Assembly: GCA_964016885.1 (NCBI GenBank)
Contig: OZ024743.1
Span: 25,234,001 to 25,298,000, forward strand
Length of the DNA stretch: 64,000 nucleotides
Direction: 5' to 3'
From: Eledone cirrhosa
Taxonomy: Eukaryota
The stretch's first letter is position 1, and each line of letters starts with the position of its first letter. The notes beneath the pieces are model-generated. The model worked only from the letters and a program-made list of their open reading frames with translations. It was not told the origin of the DNA and did not search any database. The position numbers and the translations under genes are program-made. Positions 14,505-28,024 of the stretch are shown in pieces.

Positions 14505-15343
14505 ACAAAAAAGCAGCAACAAGACCGCAACAGCAACATATAAAATATCCTAAGCATGACAACATCAAATTATAGAATTCTTGTGCTATTTTAAAATTGA
14601 TCATTGCAAACAATCAAATCAATTGATACATCCACCCAACACACAAACAACCAAATATACAAGTTTTTTTAATGAATGAAAATACTATAAAATAGTATAA
14701 AATTGTAATATAAGACACATAATTTCTCAAATAGACATCCTCTCATAACCTAATATCAGTTTATTCAAAAGATTAAAAAAACATGAAAAAAGATTCGAAT
14801 TGGATCTAAAGATATGATGATGCTCTGCTCGCTCTGGGAAAAGTGGGAAAAAAAATGGCGCCTACATTATTTTGCAATTATTTTAAAATGATGTCATTTT
14901 CTTCTCCTTCTCTACTCCTCTCTATTCCTTTTATTTTAGCATATTTGAAATCTGAAATGTCGAGGAATTTGATGTAGAAGTATTCATAAATTGAAAGTAC
15001 CGTTTTTTTGCAACCCATCACCAAATTAAAGGGGTGTGTTTAATCCGATGGAAAAGAGTATTTATTCCAGCTTTCTGCGTGCCGAGTTCAAATCGTACCT
15101 AGATCACCTATCCTATCCTACCTAGATCACATATCCTTTCCTGGCGTTGTTGATAAATAAAATATCAATTCAGGGATGTGTAGCATATAAGAACGTCTTG
15201 TGGCAACTGTTTAACTCCTGTTTTTCAAACCACGAACATATTATACCCTTCGAATCTCAGAAAAGCCGGTGGCAATGTTAAGAGTTCTTTAGACAAGTTC
15301 TCAATATTTTAGCACATCATGCTTAATGCCAGCACACCAGTAA

Positions 15344-17295
15344 CACCGTGTAATATATTTTGTGTTCCCCGGTTCTAAGTGTCATTTCATGGTTTGTTAT
15401 ATCCCATTATTATAAAAAAAAACAATATTATTTAATCAGAAGTTTGGGTTTGTGGTCAGGAGTTTGATATTTCGAAATTTCCATATTTTTCAAGAAAAAC
15501 ACATTTAAAAACAAATTTATCAGTTCATATAATTAAATCAACAGAGTATATATTTATTTTATTACACAAGCTTATCAAAAGCAAACAAGTAAAAACAAAT
15601 AACACTTATAAAGCAACTTATACACGTCAGAAATGACTGGATTTCCTGGATTTGCGGTTGTAGTCCAGGTCGCATTCCCACACTAGCCTCCAGATATAGG
15701 ACCCATCATTTTTTCATTATAGTGGCCGTGGTACCTCCGCTCTATCTCTTTCACATCTTGGTGGAATCGTTCGCCTTGTTCTTCTGAGTAGGCGCCCATA
15801 TTTTCCTTGAATTTTTTCCAGGTGAGCGTCCAGCATATGGAGTTAAAGCGACATCCTGCATCCCATGGCGCCAAAAGCCTTTATCAGATCCTGCACCAGT
15901 TGCTGGTAGTTTTCAGCTCTGTAGTTAACCAGGAAGCCTTGAAACAGTTCCATGCTGTTCTCTCAATCCTATTGAGCTTATTGGAGAACTCGGTAGACTC
16001 AAACACCTTCTTTATCTGAGGTCCAACAAAAATTCCACCTTTGATTTTGGCCTCAGATAACTTGGGGAAGAACTCAAGAAGGTACTTAAAAGCGGCTGAT
16101 TCTTGGTTGAGAGCCTTCACAAACTGCTTCATCAACCCCAACTTAATGTGCAGTAGCGGCATGTGCACAATCCTGGGATCAACCAGTGGCTCCCACATGA
16201 CGTTCCGGGTCCCAACTACAAATTCTGTTCGCTGCTCCCAGTTCTTTCTTTTGTAGTGGTCAGAGGTAGCTGTGCTGTCCCAAAAGCAGAGGAAGCATTG
16301 GAATTTGATAAAGCCTCCTTGAAGTCCAAGCAGGAAAGCCACCATCTTGAAGTCTCCAATGATTTCCCAATTGTACTGGTTGTATTGCAGAGCTTCCAAG
16401 AGGACTATCACACTATAGTAATCTTCCTTCAGGCTGACTGAATGAGCTAGGGGCAGTGCTGAACTTGTTTCCATTGTGGAGGAGGACAGCCTTCAAACTT
16501 GTGGTGGAGCTGTCTATAAATAGCCGCCACTCCTTGGGCACAAACGGCACCCCAATAACGTCAAACAGTCCAGGCACGTCATGGCAGAAGCAGAGGCCAT
16601 CCCAAAGAGTGTAAAAGCCTGAGAAAGGTTCGTGTCGACTTCTCTGACTTGTCACCTGCACTTCTTCCTTGACCAAGTTCCACTGCTTCATCCTGGAGAC
16701 GAATAGCTCTGCATTGGACTTGGTCAGACCCATATCCCTGACCAAGTCATTGACTTCTTTTTGGTTTGGGAAGTGAGGAACTTTTTCTGGTACCTCAGGC
16801 AGGTAATTCAAGTCCTCAGCATCCATCTCCCCCTCTTCATCAGAATACTTGGAAAATAAATTTGATATGCAATACAAAATAAATATTGGAAAGGGAAATA
16901 CATATTTAAATAATATAAAAGAACAATAATCATACTAATGAAAATTCGTGCTTAAAACACAACTTACCCTTTATTCAGGGTGCGAAAATCCAGTATCAAT
17001 AAATCTCTTTAATCCACTTTTTAACAATTTTATATTTTATTTCACTTTTATAATTTTCTTTAGGTATTACTCTTTATGTTATAATTTTAAATTAACCTGA
17101 AACATATATAAAAAATCATTTAAGATAAGCAAATTAAACTTACGTAAAGTCCAGCATACAAATAATTCTAGTGAATAGCTTAGAATCTTTACAAACCCCA
17201 ACTTTTAACTGTTTATTTATTTATTTGGGACCTAAGCAACACAAAAAAAGTTATTACAAGCCAGGAACAGAACCTTTTTTCTTTTGTTACAGGTG
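15344..17295 (-). mobile_element. CMC/Chapaev-3-like DNA transposon (degenerate)
   Basis: CAC...GTG termini with imperfect TIRs (CACCGTGTAA..TGTTCC / CACCTGTAA..TGTTCC), TAA on both flanks as a putative 3-bp TSD, and an internal transposase. Confidence 0.75.
15625..16847 (-). pseudogene. Chapaev-3-type transposase, frameshifted
   Basis: ORF pieces WRLFIDSS..SLKAVLLHNGN, GDFKMVAFLLGLQGG..CFLCFWDS, PLLHIKLGLMKQFVKAL, IFVGPQI and ENMGAYSEEQGERFHQD across three frames. Confidence 0.85.
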
Positions 17296-17644
17296 TAATC
17301 AGGGGTGCATGCAAGTCTTCTTCTTCTTCTTCTTCTTCTTCTTCTTCTTCTTCTTCTTCTTCTTCTCCTCATGGGATCAATAGAATTCGACTCCACTACC
17401 CGGTGTCTAAGGCAATGGTGCTCAATAAAAGATTAAGCACTGTCAGTAAAATTTGTTAGGCGGACAACATGTGATTTAGTCCTACTACATGGCATCTTGT
17501 AAAAATATCTTCTACAACAGCTTCGGGTAAAAAAAATGTGTCAGACAATGCACATTTACACCCACACACTACACACACATAACTCTCTCTCCCTCTCTCT
17601 CACACACACATATATATATGTGTTAGATAGATAGATAGGGAGTG

Positions 17645-17757
17645 AGTGTTTGGGTGTGTTTGTACGTGTCTGGGTGTGTTTGTACGTGTTTGGGTGTGTT
17701 TGTACGTGTCTGGGTGTGTTTGTACGTGTTTGGGTGTGTTTGTACGTGTCTGGGTGT
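17645..17757. repeat. 20-bp minisatellite (TGGGTGTGTTTGTACGTGTY) x about 5.5
   Basis: Read directly. Confidence 0.9.
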
Positions 17758-18756
17758 ATATTCATGTTTAGTGTTTGCATATTTCCCGTTAGAAATATGG
17801 ATCGTAAGTTGTGGGATTAATTAGTACAGGGATGAATATATTAGACTAAATCCCTTGAAGGGATTCTCTGCCATCCACACACTTCACATGTTTCACTAAA
17901 CCTTCATTTATTATGCACTTTCTTTCATAGTGACTCCCAAAGGAATCGTCAACTCAACAAACAATAATTTTTATAATCAATTCAAAAAAATTTTAAAACA
18001 CGTATTGGTAGACACGGCCAGTTTCCATATACATAACCTATGAAATCTTGAGCAAAAACTCTGTTGTACGTGTCTGATATTTTAGATATCCCCAGGTGTT
18101 CAACTGCCTAAGTAAAGAGATCAGAAATTCAAAAGGACCATCTACTGAAACATAAAAATAGCATTGGATGAACACCTAACCAATATACCGGAGCCACCAA
18201 TTATACAAGGACACACTCAAAGAAGATCAGCTGCTGTAATTCAATTATAGAACACCTTACAGCCATAAAACTACAACAAAACTGAAAAAATGAATTAAGC
18301 TGGTGCTCTAGTATGGTCACAGTCCAACGACAACAACCATTAAAAGAATAAAAGAAAAGATTATATTTATATATATTTATATATATTTATATATATATGT
18401 ATATAATAGATATTGTTAAATGTTTATTCTTATACAGAAACTGCGTAATATGACAGCTTCTGCTTGACGATATTTAGTTTAACATTTGATATATTTATAA
18501 AAGACTCTCAACGCTTTGGGCACTAGTCCTTCATCGGATGATAAAGGGAAAGAGAGTAGAGCTGATGTGTGAGATAGAGAAGGTTGAAGGCAAGATAAAG
18601 GAAAAAAAGGTAGATATGGTAAAAGGTAGACACTGTAAAAAGCTTGATAGGAGAGAAAGCATGCGTTGTTGTCAGCCAGCCATACTATATACACATTGGC
18701 GCAGTCTCTTTGTGTATATACAGATATAGCTTTATATATATATATATATATATATA

Positions 18757-19082
<326 letters not shown>

Positions 19083-19144
19083 ACAGATTTACGAAATCAC
19101 CAGACATCCGTGTGTAATATATACCTATTATATAAATATATATA

Positions 19145-19320
19145 GGGCGGTGGATTCGCAGTATCGGTAGAGGTTCGGACACCATGTTTTGCCCTTTATG
19201 GTCTGAGTTCAAATCCCGCCGAGGTTAACTTTGCCTTTCATTCTTACGGGGTCGATAAAATAAAGTACCAGTAATACACTCTGGATAATTGCTGGTCTTG
19301 TGCCCAAATTAGAAACAATT
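19145..19320 (+). mobile_element. tRNA-derived SINE
   Basis: Matches the family consensus. Confidence 0.85.
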
Positions 19321-19459
19321 ATATATATATATATATAAATATATATAAGGGGGTAAGAGGGGATGGGAAGGTGACCACGGTTAAAGAATGTACTCAATAC
19401 GTTGGTAGAGCACCAGCTTCTTTAGTTTATATAGTCCTTCAGGGCTAGAACTGTTCAAT

Positions 19460-19690
19460 TCCTTGTGTTCTTCAGCAAGACACTTTATTTCACGTTGCTC
19501 CAGTTCACACAGTTGTAGAAATTAGTTAGGAGACGTCACTAAGCTGTATCGACCTTTGGTTTTCCATTCAAAAACATCGGTGGCGTGGAGAGGGGAGACA
19601 GACATACATGGGCACCAGCTGTTCTGCTACAAACCACCTATCCCTGACTTGTGCCTCGAAGGGGAACTTTCTAGGTGCAAATCCCATGGT
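19460..19690 (+). mobile_element. Second SINE family fragment (CORE-like GCAAGACACTT)
   Basis: GCAAGACACTTTATTTCACGTTGCTCCAG; a related reverse copy lies at about 54740-54960. Confidence 0.5.
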
Positions 19691-20047
19691 CGAAATTTGA
19701 AAAAGCATCTATAAATCTAAAGAATATGTTTGGTATCTATCTCCTTTCAATTTCTGAAATGTTACACTTAGAAGAAAAGAAAACACGCTATAATCTATGA
19801 TCTATTCTTTCAACTACTAACACATTTTAGAATGACTTCAACTAAAGTATGCTTCTTCAAATTTAGACTGTTAACCTATGGTGAAAGGTTCCGTGTGTGA
19901 ATGAGATAACAGATCTTATATTTATTAATGATAGCCTCTTTAGACTGAAAATTCCGAATAAAACGGTGTTTTAATTATTTTGAGGCATTTCAATATGTAT
20001 GTGTATACATATATATTTATACACACATATACATACATATATACATA

Positions 20048-20099
<52 letters not shown>

Positions 20100-20116
20100 A
20101 TGTATGTATGTGTGTG

Positions 20117-20179
<63 letters not shown>

Positions 20180-21022
20180 CAACATCATCATCATCATCAT
20201 CATCATCATCACCGTTTTACGTCCATTCTTCCACGCTAACATTGGTTAGACGGGTTATCCTGTTGTGGGCAATGTTAGGTCGAGTGACCTTGTCTTGCTC
20301 ATACGGGAACTGATTTTGGCTTGATTTCCACACCTGGATGTCCTCCCTAACACCAACCTCATTTACAGTGAGTGCTGGGTGCTTTTTTTCGTGGCGCCTA
20401 CACGACCACTTTACAGTGGGATGGGATGGGGGCATATTGTCTATATGCTTCAGCTACGGCTTGTTACCGTGGGAAGTCGGCTCTTCTGTATTACTGCGTG
20501 ACGCCAGAGGTCACGGTCCTGTGTCATCGCCGTTGAGAGGTGCAATTGGGCAAGGTCCGCTTTTATTACCTCAACCCAGGTCTTTCTGGGTCTCGCCACT
20601 CCGCGGCTTCCATCAACTTTTAGTGCTCTCCACCTTTTTATGCAGCTGTCATCCTTCATACGCATCACATGTCCATACCAACGCACCCTCCTCTCCTGCA
20701 CACATTATTTGATTCCTCTTATGCTCAGTCACTCTCTCAGCTCGCTTATGCTTTGCCGTTCGCGTATATTACTATTACACATCCATCGGAGCATGCAAGC
20801 TTCGTTTCTTTCTAATCTACGCAAGTCTTCTGCACACAATGCCCATGTCTCACTACCATGTAACATTGATGTTCGTATGCACGCATCATACAGTTTGCCT
20901 TTCATTTTAAGGGAAAAGCCTTTTGCAGCTAGCAGTGGTAGTAGCTCCTTGAACTTCTTCCACCCCATTCTTACCCTGGTTATTGTACTTTCAGAACACC
21001 CACCTCTGCTGCTAATTTGGTG
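20180..21022 (-). mobile_element. RTE-clade LINE 3' fragment plus RTE-tailed SINE remnant
   Basis: RVRMGWKKFKELLPLL..KGKLYDACIRTSMLHGSETW, RWYGHVMRM, G.RPRKTW and DRDLWR motifs; tail CCCGTCTAACC...GGACGTAAAACGGTGATGATG. Confidence 0.88.
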
Positions 21023-21095
21023 TCCCTCTCTCTCTCTCACACACAAACACACAAACACACACACACACTCTCTTTCTCTCCATATATATATATGT

Positions 21096-21374
21096 AAAGT
21101 TATATTTAAAATTGTTGGGTTACAACTAGTAAATATTTATAACTGATATAAAAGCACTCGACAAATATTTGGAGTATATTTACAATATTAAATAAATGGA
21201 AAACTATATTTATAAAACCATATTTATTTCATTATATATATTTCGGGGATATCATATTAACAATATGTTATGCCTTCATCAGACAAAATACAATATAAAC
21301 AGTTTTATAGATAAATATATTCGACATACCGTAATAAACATCAACTTCATTTGAAGAGGTTTACTCTAGCAGTC
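21096..21374 (-). mobile_element. PLE-like element with hammerhead (same family as 48651-49108)
   Basis: Near-identical to 48651-48924; embedded in (TA)n; terminal TCGAGTGC motif. Confidence 0.75.
21225..21290 (-). ncRNA. Minimal type-I hammerhead motif (palindromic stem III)
   Basis: TATTTTGT-CTGATGA-A-GG...CC-GAAA-TATATA-TA-ATGAAATA; stem I pairs with two G-U wobbles. Confidence 0.7.
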
Positions 21375-21469
21375 ATATATATATATATATGGAGAGAGAG
21401 AGTGTGTGTGTGTGTGAGAGAGAGAGAGAGGGACACCAAATTAGCAGCAGAGGTGGGTGTTCTGACAGT

Positions 21470-21519
<50 letters not shown>

Positions 21520-21521
21520 CA

Positions 21522-23688
21522 CAGTGATACCTTGACTTACGAGTGTCCCAATTGACGAGTTTTTCGAGCTACGAGCAGTCACTCGGCCAATTTTTTGATT
21601 TGAGTTGCGAGCTAAGATTCAGATACCCCACGGTTACTTGGCGTAGCGACCGCCACAGTGAATGCCGTAACATCCACCCACCATCCCATAGGTCCGAAGA
21701 AACTGAGCACGAAGGACAGTGCTGAGAAGAAGAAGCGGATGATGTGCATTAAATTAAAGAAAGAAATTATCGAAAAACATGACCAAGGTGTGCGTGTAGT
21801 TAACTTGGCGAAGCAGTACGAGCGTAGCACTTCTACGATCTGCACTGAAGCAGAAGGAGTCGATAAAGGCTATAACGCCAGCGAAGGGTGTTGAAATAAT
21901 TTCTAAACAGCAGACATCTATCCATGAAAATATGGAAAAGCTACTGATGGTGTGGTTGACGGAGAAGCAGCTCGCAAGAGATACCATGATGGAGGCTATA
22001 ATCTGCGAGAAGGCACGAGCTATTTACGCTGATTTACTGCAGCAGACCCCAGGCACTTTGATGGACGAGGCATCGGGCGAGCCGTTTAAAGCCAGTCAGG
22101 GCTGTTTCGAGAATTTTAAAAAGAGGACCGGCATTCACTCCGTTGTCAGGCATGGTGAGGCAGCGAGCGCGGATATGAAGGCAGCTGAGGATTACCTCAA
22201 ACCTTTACCGGAATTATAGCAGCCGAAGAATGCATCCCCCAGCAAGTCTTCAACTGTGACGAGACAGGACTTTCTTGAAAGAAGATGCTAAGGAGGACTT
22301 ATATGACTGTAGAGAAGAGGATGCCAGGCCACAGACCCAAGGATAGGCTAACCCTTGCACTGTGTGCCAATGCGAACGGCGACTGCAAGATTAAGCCGCT
22401 TCTCGTTTTTAATTCGGAAAACCCCAGAGCCTTTAAGTCACATAAGATTCTGAAAGAAAAACTGCGTGTTATGTGGAGGGCAAACCCGAAGGCGTGAGTC
22501 ACCGGGCAGTTCTTTGCGGAGTGGGTAAATTTGGTCTTTGGTCCTGACGTTAAGAAATATCTCCAGGAACATAACCTACCCCTGTAAGCCCTTCTTGTCC
22601 TGGACAATGCACCTGCTCACCCACCTGACCTCGAAGATGAGATCCTCGAAGAGTTCAAGTTTATAAAAGTTCTCTACCTTCCACCAAACACTATCTCTAT
22701 CCTGAAGCACATGGACCAGGAGGTGATTTCTAATTTCAAGAAGCTCTTCACCAAGCACCTGTTCCGCCGCTGCTTTGAGGTGACGGAGAGCACAAACCTC
22801 ACCCTTCAAGAGTTCGATGGGTGAGTGCCTCAGAATTATCGATATTACCTAGCAGAGTGTTACGAAGAGGACCTTGACATCTGCGTGGAAGACGCTGTGG
22901 CCTGAGATTGTGTCTAAAACACACTTTGAAAGACTCGAACCCGAAGCGGCAGTGGTGCCGGAGATTGTATCCCTCGGCAAGTCCTGGACATGGATGAAGG
23001 TGATATCAACGAGCTCATCGAGGAGCACTCCGAGGAACTGACAACAGAGGAGCTAAAGGAGCTACAAATGCAGCAGCACACGGAGGATTTGCAGGAAATA
23101 GGTGACACGGACGAGGTTATCGCTACAAGGGAGATAAAGGAAATATTGGGAATGTGGGAGAAACTTATTCAAAAGAAACACCCAGAAAAAGTTGCAACTG
23201 GGCGTGCGACGGCGCTATTTAATGACACCTACCTAACTCATTTCAGAAACAATCTGAAAGGGAGGATGGAACAAACCTCATTGGACAGGTTTTTATCGAA
23301 CATTCCTGCAGACTAAAGTGAGGAAAGCGTGGCGAAAAGAGCAAAAATCATCAGCGAATAAGATTCAGTTATTCAGTTCAGCCTTTCTCCTCCATCTCCA
23401 TCCTCAAGTCGTCTGCTCTCCTAGGTAGATGCTGTACATTATACTTAATAAAACCAGTTTATTGCACCACATTCTATTGTATTGTTTTTTTTTAATACAA
23501 TATTCGTTATTTCTAAGTACATTTTTCTTATTTAACGTAACGAAAAAAAAAAAATGCTATGTTCTTTCGGGACCCGGAACGGATTAATGGAACTTCAATT
23601 CATTTCAATGGGGAAAATTGATTTCACAAACGAGTAATTTGAGTTACGAGCTCACTCGCAGAACGAATTAAACTCGTAAGTCAAGGTA
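21522..23688 (+). mobile_element. Tigger/pogo-family (Tc1/mariner) DNA transposon
   Basis: Left TIR CAGTGATACCTTGACTTACGAGT; right ACTCGTAAGTCAAGGTA (last bases lost); subterminal TACGAG repeats; internal transposase. Confidence 0.92.
21688..23361 (+). pseudogene. Tigger transposase (CENP-B HTH + DDE_1), inactivated
   Basis: KKEIIEKHDQGVRVVNLAKQY.RSTSTI, MEKLLMVWL, FKAS.G.F.NFKKRTGI..HGEAASAD, FNCDETGL, KDRLTL.LCANA.GD.K.KPL, LDNAPAH, LPPNT..MDQ.VI; multiple stops and frameshifts. Confidence 0.92.
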
Positions 23689-23695
23689 CTCGTAA

Positions 23696-23853
23696 GTGAA
23701 GATCCCGTTAAGGGTGAAAGCAGCGATTCTTTGTTTAAACTTTAATCTGTTATTTTAATAAACATTTGCTCCAGGGTTCTTATACATTTGATATATATTT
23801 ATCCTATTCGAGCCCTCTTTGGATTTATTATTATCTTCAAATTTATTATTATT
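23696..23853 (+). mobile_element. PLE-like terminal fragment with partial hammerhead core
   Basis: TGAAGA-T-CCC-GTTAA-GGG-T-GAAA; reverse-complement homolog at 54541-54690. Confidence 0.6.
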
Positions 23854-23856
23854 AGG

Positions 23857-24040
23857 AATTGGCAGTATCGGTAGAGAGTCGGACGCCATGCTTTCTAGCA
23901 TAGTTACGTCCCTTTACAGTCTGAGTTCAAATCCCGCCGAGGTTAATTTTGCCTTTCATCCTTACGGGGTCGATAAAATAAAGTACCAGTAATGTACTGG
24001 GTAATTGCTGGCCTTGTGCCTAAAGTAGAAACAATTATTA
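23857..24040 (+). mobile_element. tRNA-derived SINE
   Basis: Matches the family consensus. Confidence 0.85.
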
Positions 24041-24048
24041 TTACTATA

Positions 24049-24099
<51 letters not shown>

Positions 24100-24108
<9 letters not shown>

Positions 24109-25698
24109 TGAGGATGTCTGTGTGTGTGTAAATTTGAATCCCTAAAACTCAAGAAGCACCCAACCGACTGTTTTCAAGCTTTACACATGTAATTCTTATG
24201 TTTCAGGGAGTGTTCTGAGCAAACAGAATTTCAAATTTTCAATGCCTTAGGGACCGCATTAGGCGATTTACCGATCTCTCTCTATAATTCTTAGTCTTTC
24301 TCTTTTTAGATAGATACATACATATAACGTCGCGCCCTTATAATATCTATCTGTATGTCTGGCTGTCTGCATTACGTCACTTCCCACACTGAAATGCGTT
24401 TTTTTCTACGGTTTAAGGTTAACCCTGCAGCTAAGAACATTCCCCTTGACAATTGGTGCGGCAATGTAAGGTCGCTAAGCGGATCGTTGTTCGTTGGGTG
24501 CTCTAGAGTTGGTAGCTGGGAGAGTCTTCTTGCATTTGCACAAGGACGAGGTAGGTTCGTTATCAGCATTTCTTAAGGCAATCTGGTTGCCATTCATACG
24601 GCCTCTTACCTGAAATACGTTTTCCCTCGGCTTCAGGTGACTACCTTCAGAGATGGACCTTCCGCTTCGCATTCGGCGCGTCAATGTATGGCTGTTAAAC
24701 GGACCGCGAACGCATTCTGATTCATTCTAAAGGCTACCAGTGGAAGCAACCGTAACACCCTCCTTCAAATGTCAGAGAACGCAGTCTTAGTCACTATTAA
24801 GGGCGCACATGGCCTTTTTTAGGGCCACCACTTGAAATTGTTGATGGTTACCCCTCCTTACTGGGGTGTCAGTGAACGGCTTACACGGCCATTTTAAGGG
24901 CCCTTGAAATAGCTGATGGCGACCCTTTCGTTTAGGACCAATGAACGCGCACACGCCTCGGGGCCAATTTTATGGCACCATTCCTCTATAAATTTGTTAA
25001 ATTATACCCACTGTTTGGTAAACGTTTGTCCAGTATCGTTTACTTACTAATGTGCGGTGGAATCCTTCGAGAAGGCTCCACATGCTGTCCGATTGCACGT
25101 CATGCCTTGCTCAAGCATTGCAGACTTCCCTCTGACATAAGTGGTGACATCTGTCCTGCTGACTCATGCCACTTCATTAAAGTACAGGGAGTGTTATGCA
25201 CATAAAAAATTAAACGTTTTGATCCCATTAGGTGAAAAACTGCGTCTTTTCAGTTTTTTAGGGGTATTTTGAGGCGTTAATTCAGACCGATTTCCTTGAA
25301 ATTTTAACTATGTATTAGTTAGTCTCTTCTTCATACCGTGAGCAAAGAAAATCCAACTTTTTTATGGCCTAGGGCACGCATTAGATGAAAAACTTCATTT
25401 TTTTCAGCTGTTTAGGGCCGTTTTTAGGCGTTACGTCTAGCCGATTTTCCCGAAATTTCAAGGCATATTATACACATAAAAAAATTCATTTTCTTGATGC
25501 CCTAGGGCCCGCATTAGGTGAACACCTGCATTTTTCCTGCTTTATCGAGGAAAATCTTAAAGATTAACCAGCCATCAGAGTATTCGGTTTATTTCTTTTT
25601 ACATATTGTCCAGGCATGCAGTTTTTCCACGATTAGGTCTGTTGGCGGCGCGCGTTCCAAAATACCTTATCCCGTGCAACGCCGCGTACCACTGCTAG
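24100..25698 (+). mobile_element. Non-autonomous Helitron
   Basis: 5' TATATAAAA..GTCTGTGTGTGT..CAACCGA..TTTACAC start typical of invertebrate Helitrons; 3' CCCGTGCAACGCCGCGTA hairpin remnant then CTAG|T; internal TAGGG.CCGCATTAG repeats. Confidence 0.75.
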
Positions 25699-25730
<32 letters not shown>

Positions 25731-25744
25731 TATATATATACATA

Positions 25745-26190
25745 CATGGTGGCTGCCAACTCGTTTTCGAGTACGGCCACTACTTTATATCCATGTAGGA
25801 GAACCCCTACCGATGCGCTGAACGGGTGTGACTTTTTAGTCCAGCCAGCGACTTGAAAACTCTGCTACAAACACTACACTTGTGACAATTATTGACACAC
25901 AGTGCTGGTACCATGTGACGACAAGTGCAGAGAGATCTCCAGATATAAAGCAATGCCTGTGCCGTGAAGCTTTTATAGTGAGCAAAGGCACTGCACAAAG
26001 CCAGTCCCACTCTCTTAACCAAGATGATATTTACCAAAAAGAAGAACAAGTCAACATCATTGGATACCATCAGGGTTGCAGGTGTTATATCAGAGTTTTC
26101 CTTCTCCTAGAATTCTGCCTTGACAAAGGCTAAGGGATCATCTCTCCCGGTGATTTTGGATGGCTATTGACTCTTAAGAGCCCCTTTGCC
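25745..26190 (-). mobile_element. RTE-like 3'-end element in (CATA)n, copy 1
   Basis: C2H2-like CSVCSRVFKSLAGLKSH and tail CGAAAACGAGTTGGCAGCCACC(ATGT)n; repeated at 53025 and 57902. Confidence 0.75.
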
Positions 26191-26681
26191 TTTTATACAT
26201 ACATACATACATACATACATACATACATACATACATACATACATACATACATACATAAATAGACACATAAGTATGATCACACACACACATACATACAACG
26301 AACCAATTGCCTTTTCAACAAGTTCAAAATACTAATTTGTGTTTATTTGAGAAACATGTTATAATTAAAAAAAAACCCTCTGTGAATGAAAAATCAAAAA
26401 TCAAAACAAAACAAATCTCGATTTGTATATAATATGTGGAATATTATCAACGCAGGAAGATCGATAATATTTATAATAATAATTAATTAGAATAATAAAA
26501 ATATAAATGAATGATTAATTAAAACTTCCTGGTTTATTGGGTCACGCATGCTAGCACAGACATTGGATTATGAAATGGTGGTAACTCCATACATAACATT
26601 AGTAATTTCACAAATCAAGTGACTCGCCACTTCCTCGTCTTTTGCTACGGAAAGAACCACAGGCACTAAACATACATACAT

Positions 26682-26760
<79 letters not shown>

Positions 26761-27017
26761 TGTCTGTGTGTGTGTCTGTGTGTGTGTGTGTGTGTGTGTG
26801 CGTGCGCGTGCGTGCGTGCGCAGACTCCCGGGTATTAAAGAATTCCGTTTGTCTTTCAGTTTCTCAATCGGTTTTATTCGGAGATATTCATGTCTATCTG
26901 CCTATCCACCATTATACGAGGGTAGGTAGACATGTTTATAGGCTACCCATGAAGCAGTGATGCTAGAGCTGCGAAATCTTGCCTACATTACTTTCAACTA
27001 ATATTATTAATAACTTA

Positions 27018-27112
27018 TCAAATCCCGCCTTTCATTCTTACGGGTTCGATAAAATAAAGTACCAGTAATGTACTGGTTAATTGCTGGCCTTGTGCCAAAA
27101 GTAGAAACAATT
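27018..27112 (+). mobile_element. SINE 3' fragment
   Basis: Central domain and tail of the family consensus. Confidence 0.8.
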
Positions 27113-28024
27113 ATGATTCTGAAATTTAACCATGCAAAGTCAACGTCTAGTCTATTATAGGAAATACAATATTGGTACTTATTGTATCCAACCTGGACGG
27201 ATAGCCAAAGTCCAAGTGAACGAGATTCGAAATCTGAGCGGAACGAAGTCTGTCCACGTACCACAAAGTATTTTGTCGGACATTCTACTGATTTTGCCAT
27301 CAAAATAAATTTATACATGTATGTGTTCGAATATGTGTATATATGCATGTGCGTATGTATAGACTGACTCACTCGCATGCAAGCACACACACACACACAC
27401 ACACACATGCGCGCGCACGCACGCACACATGCAAGCATGCAAGCACACACACACATTCACGCACTCACACACACATGTATTCCCCTTGTTTTTCATATAT
27501 ATTTACCTAAACTGCGATTATCTGTTTCTCTCTTTCTCTCTTACTGCTCCCCCGTTCTCTCTGTTTCTCTTACCTTCTTTCACCCTCTCTGTTAGTTACA
27601 CTTTTTCTCTCGACTGACCTCTTCTTCGCACTTCCACTCACCCACTCTCTGTTTCTCCCCTTCTCACTTCCTCCCGTTCGCTACTAGTGGGGTTCCTTCT
27701 TTCTCACACCGCACTCACGGCGTACGGTCTGCTTCTCAGACCGCTCATGAAATTCATCCAGATTATGCTGATCGGATAACTACCATGTGGCTTGCTGTTT
27801 TCCAACCTTCGGTTTGCTTTTCCTTCTGTTGTTTACTTGTCTCACTCGCTTTACGCGTTTCACTTGTCCCAATAGCTTATTTTAGTTATTGCTCGCACCA
27901 ACCTGAGGTATCTGATTTTTAATGCGATGAAATACCAATGATGGTTGGCAAAATCACTGATGAGGGACTAATTTTATGATATGTAATCCATGTGCAACCA
28001 TACAGTATTCTTCTTCCCCTTGTT

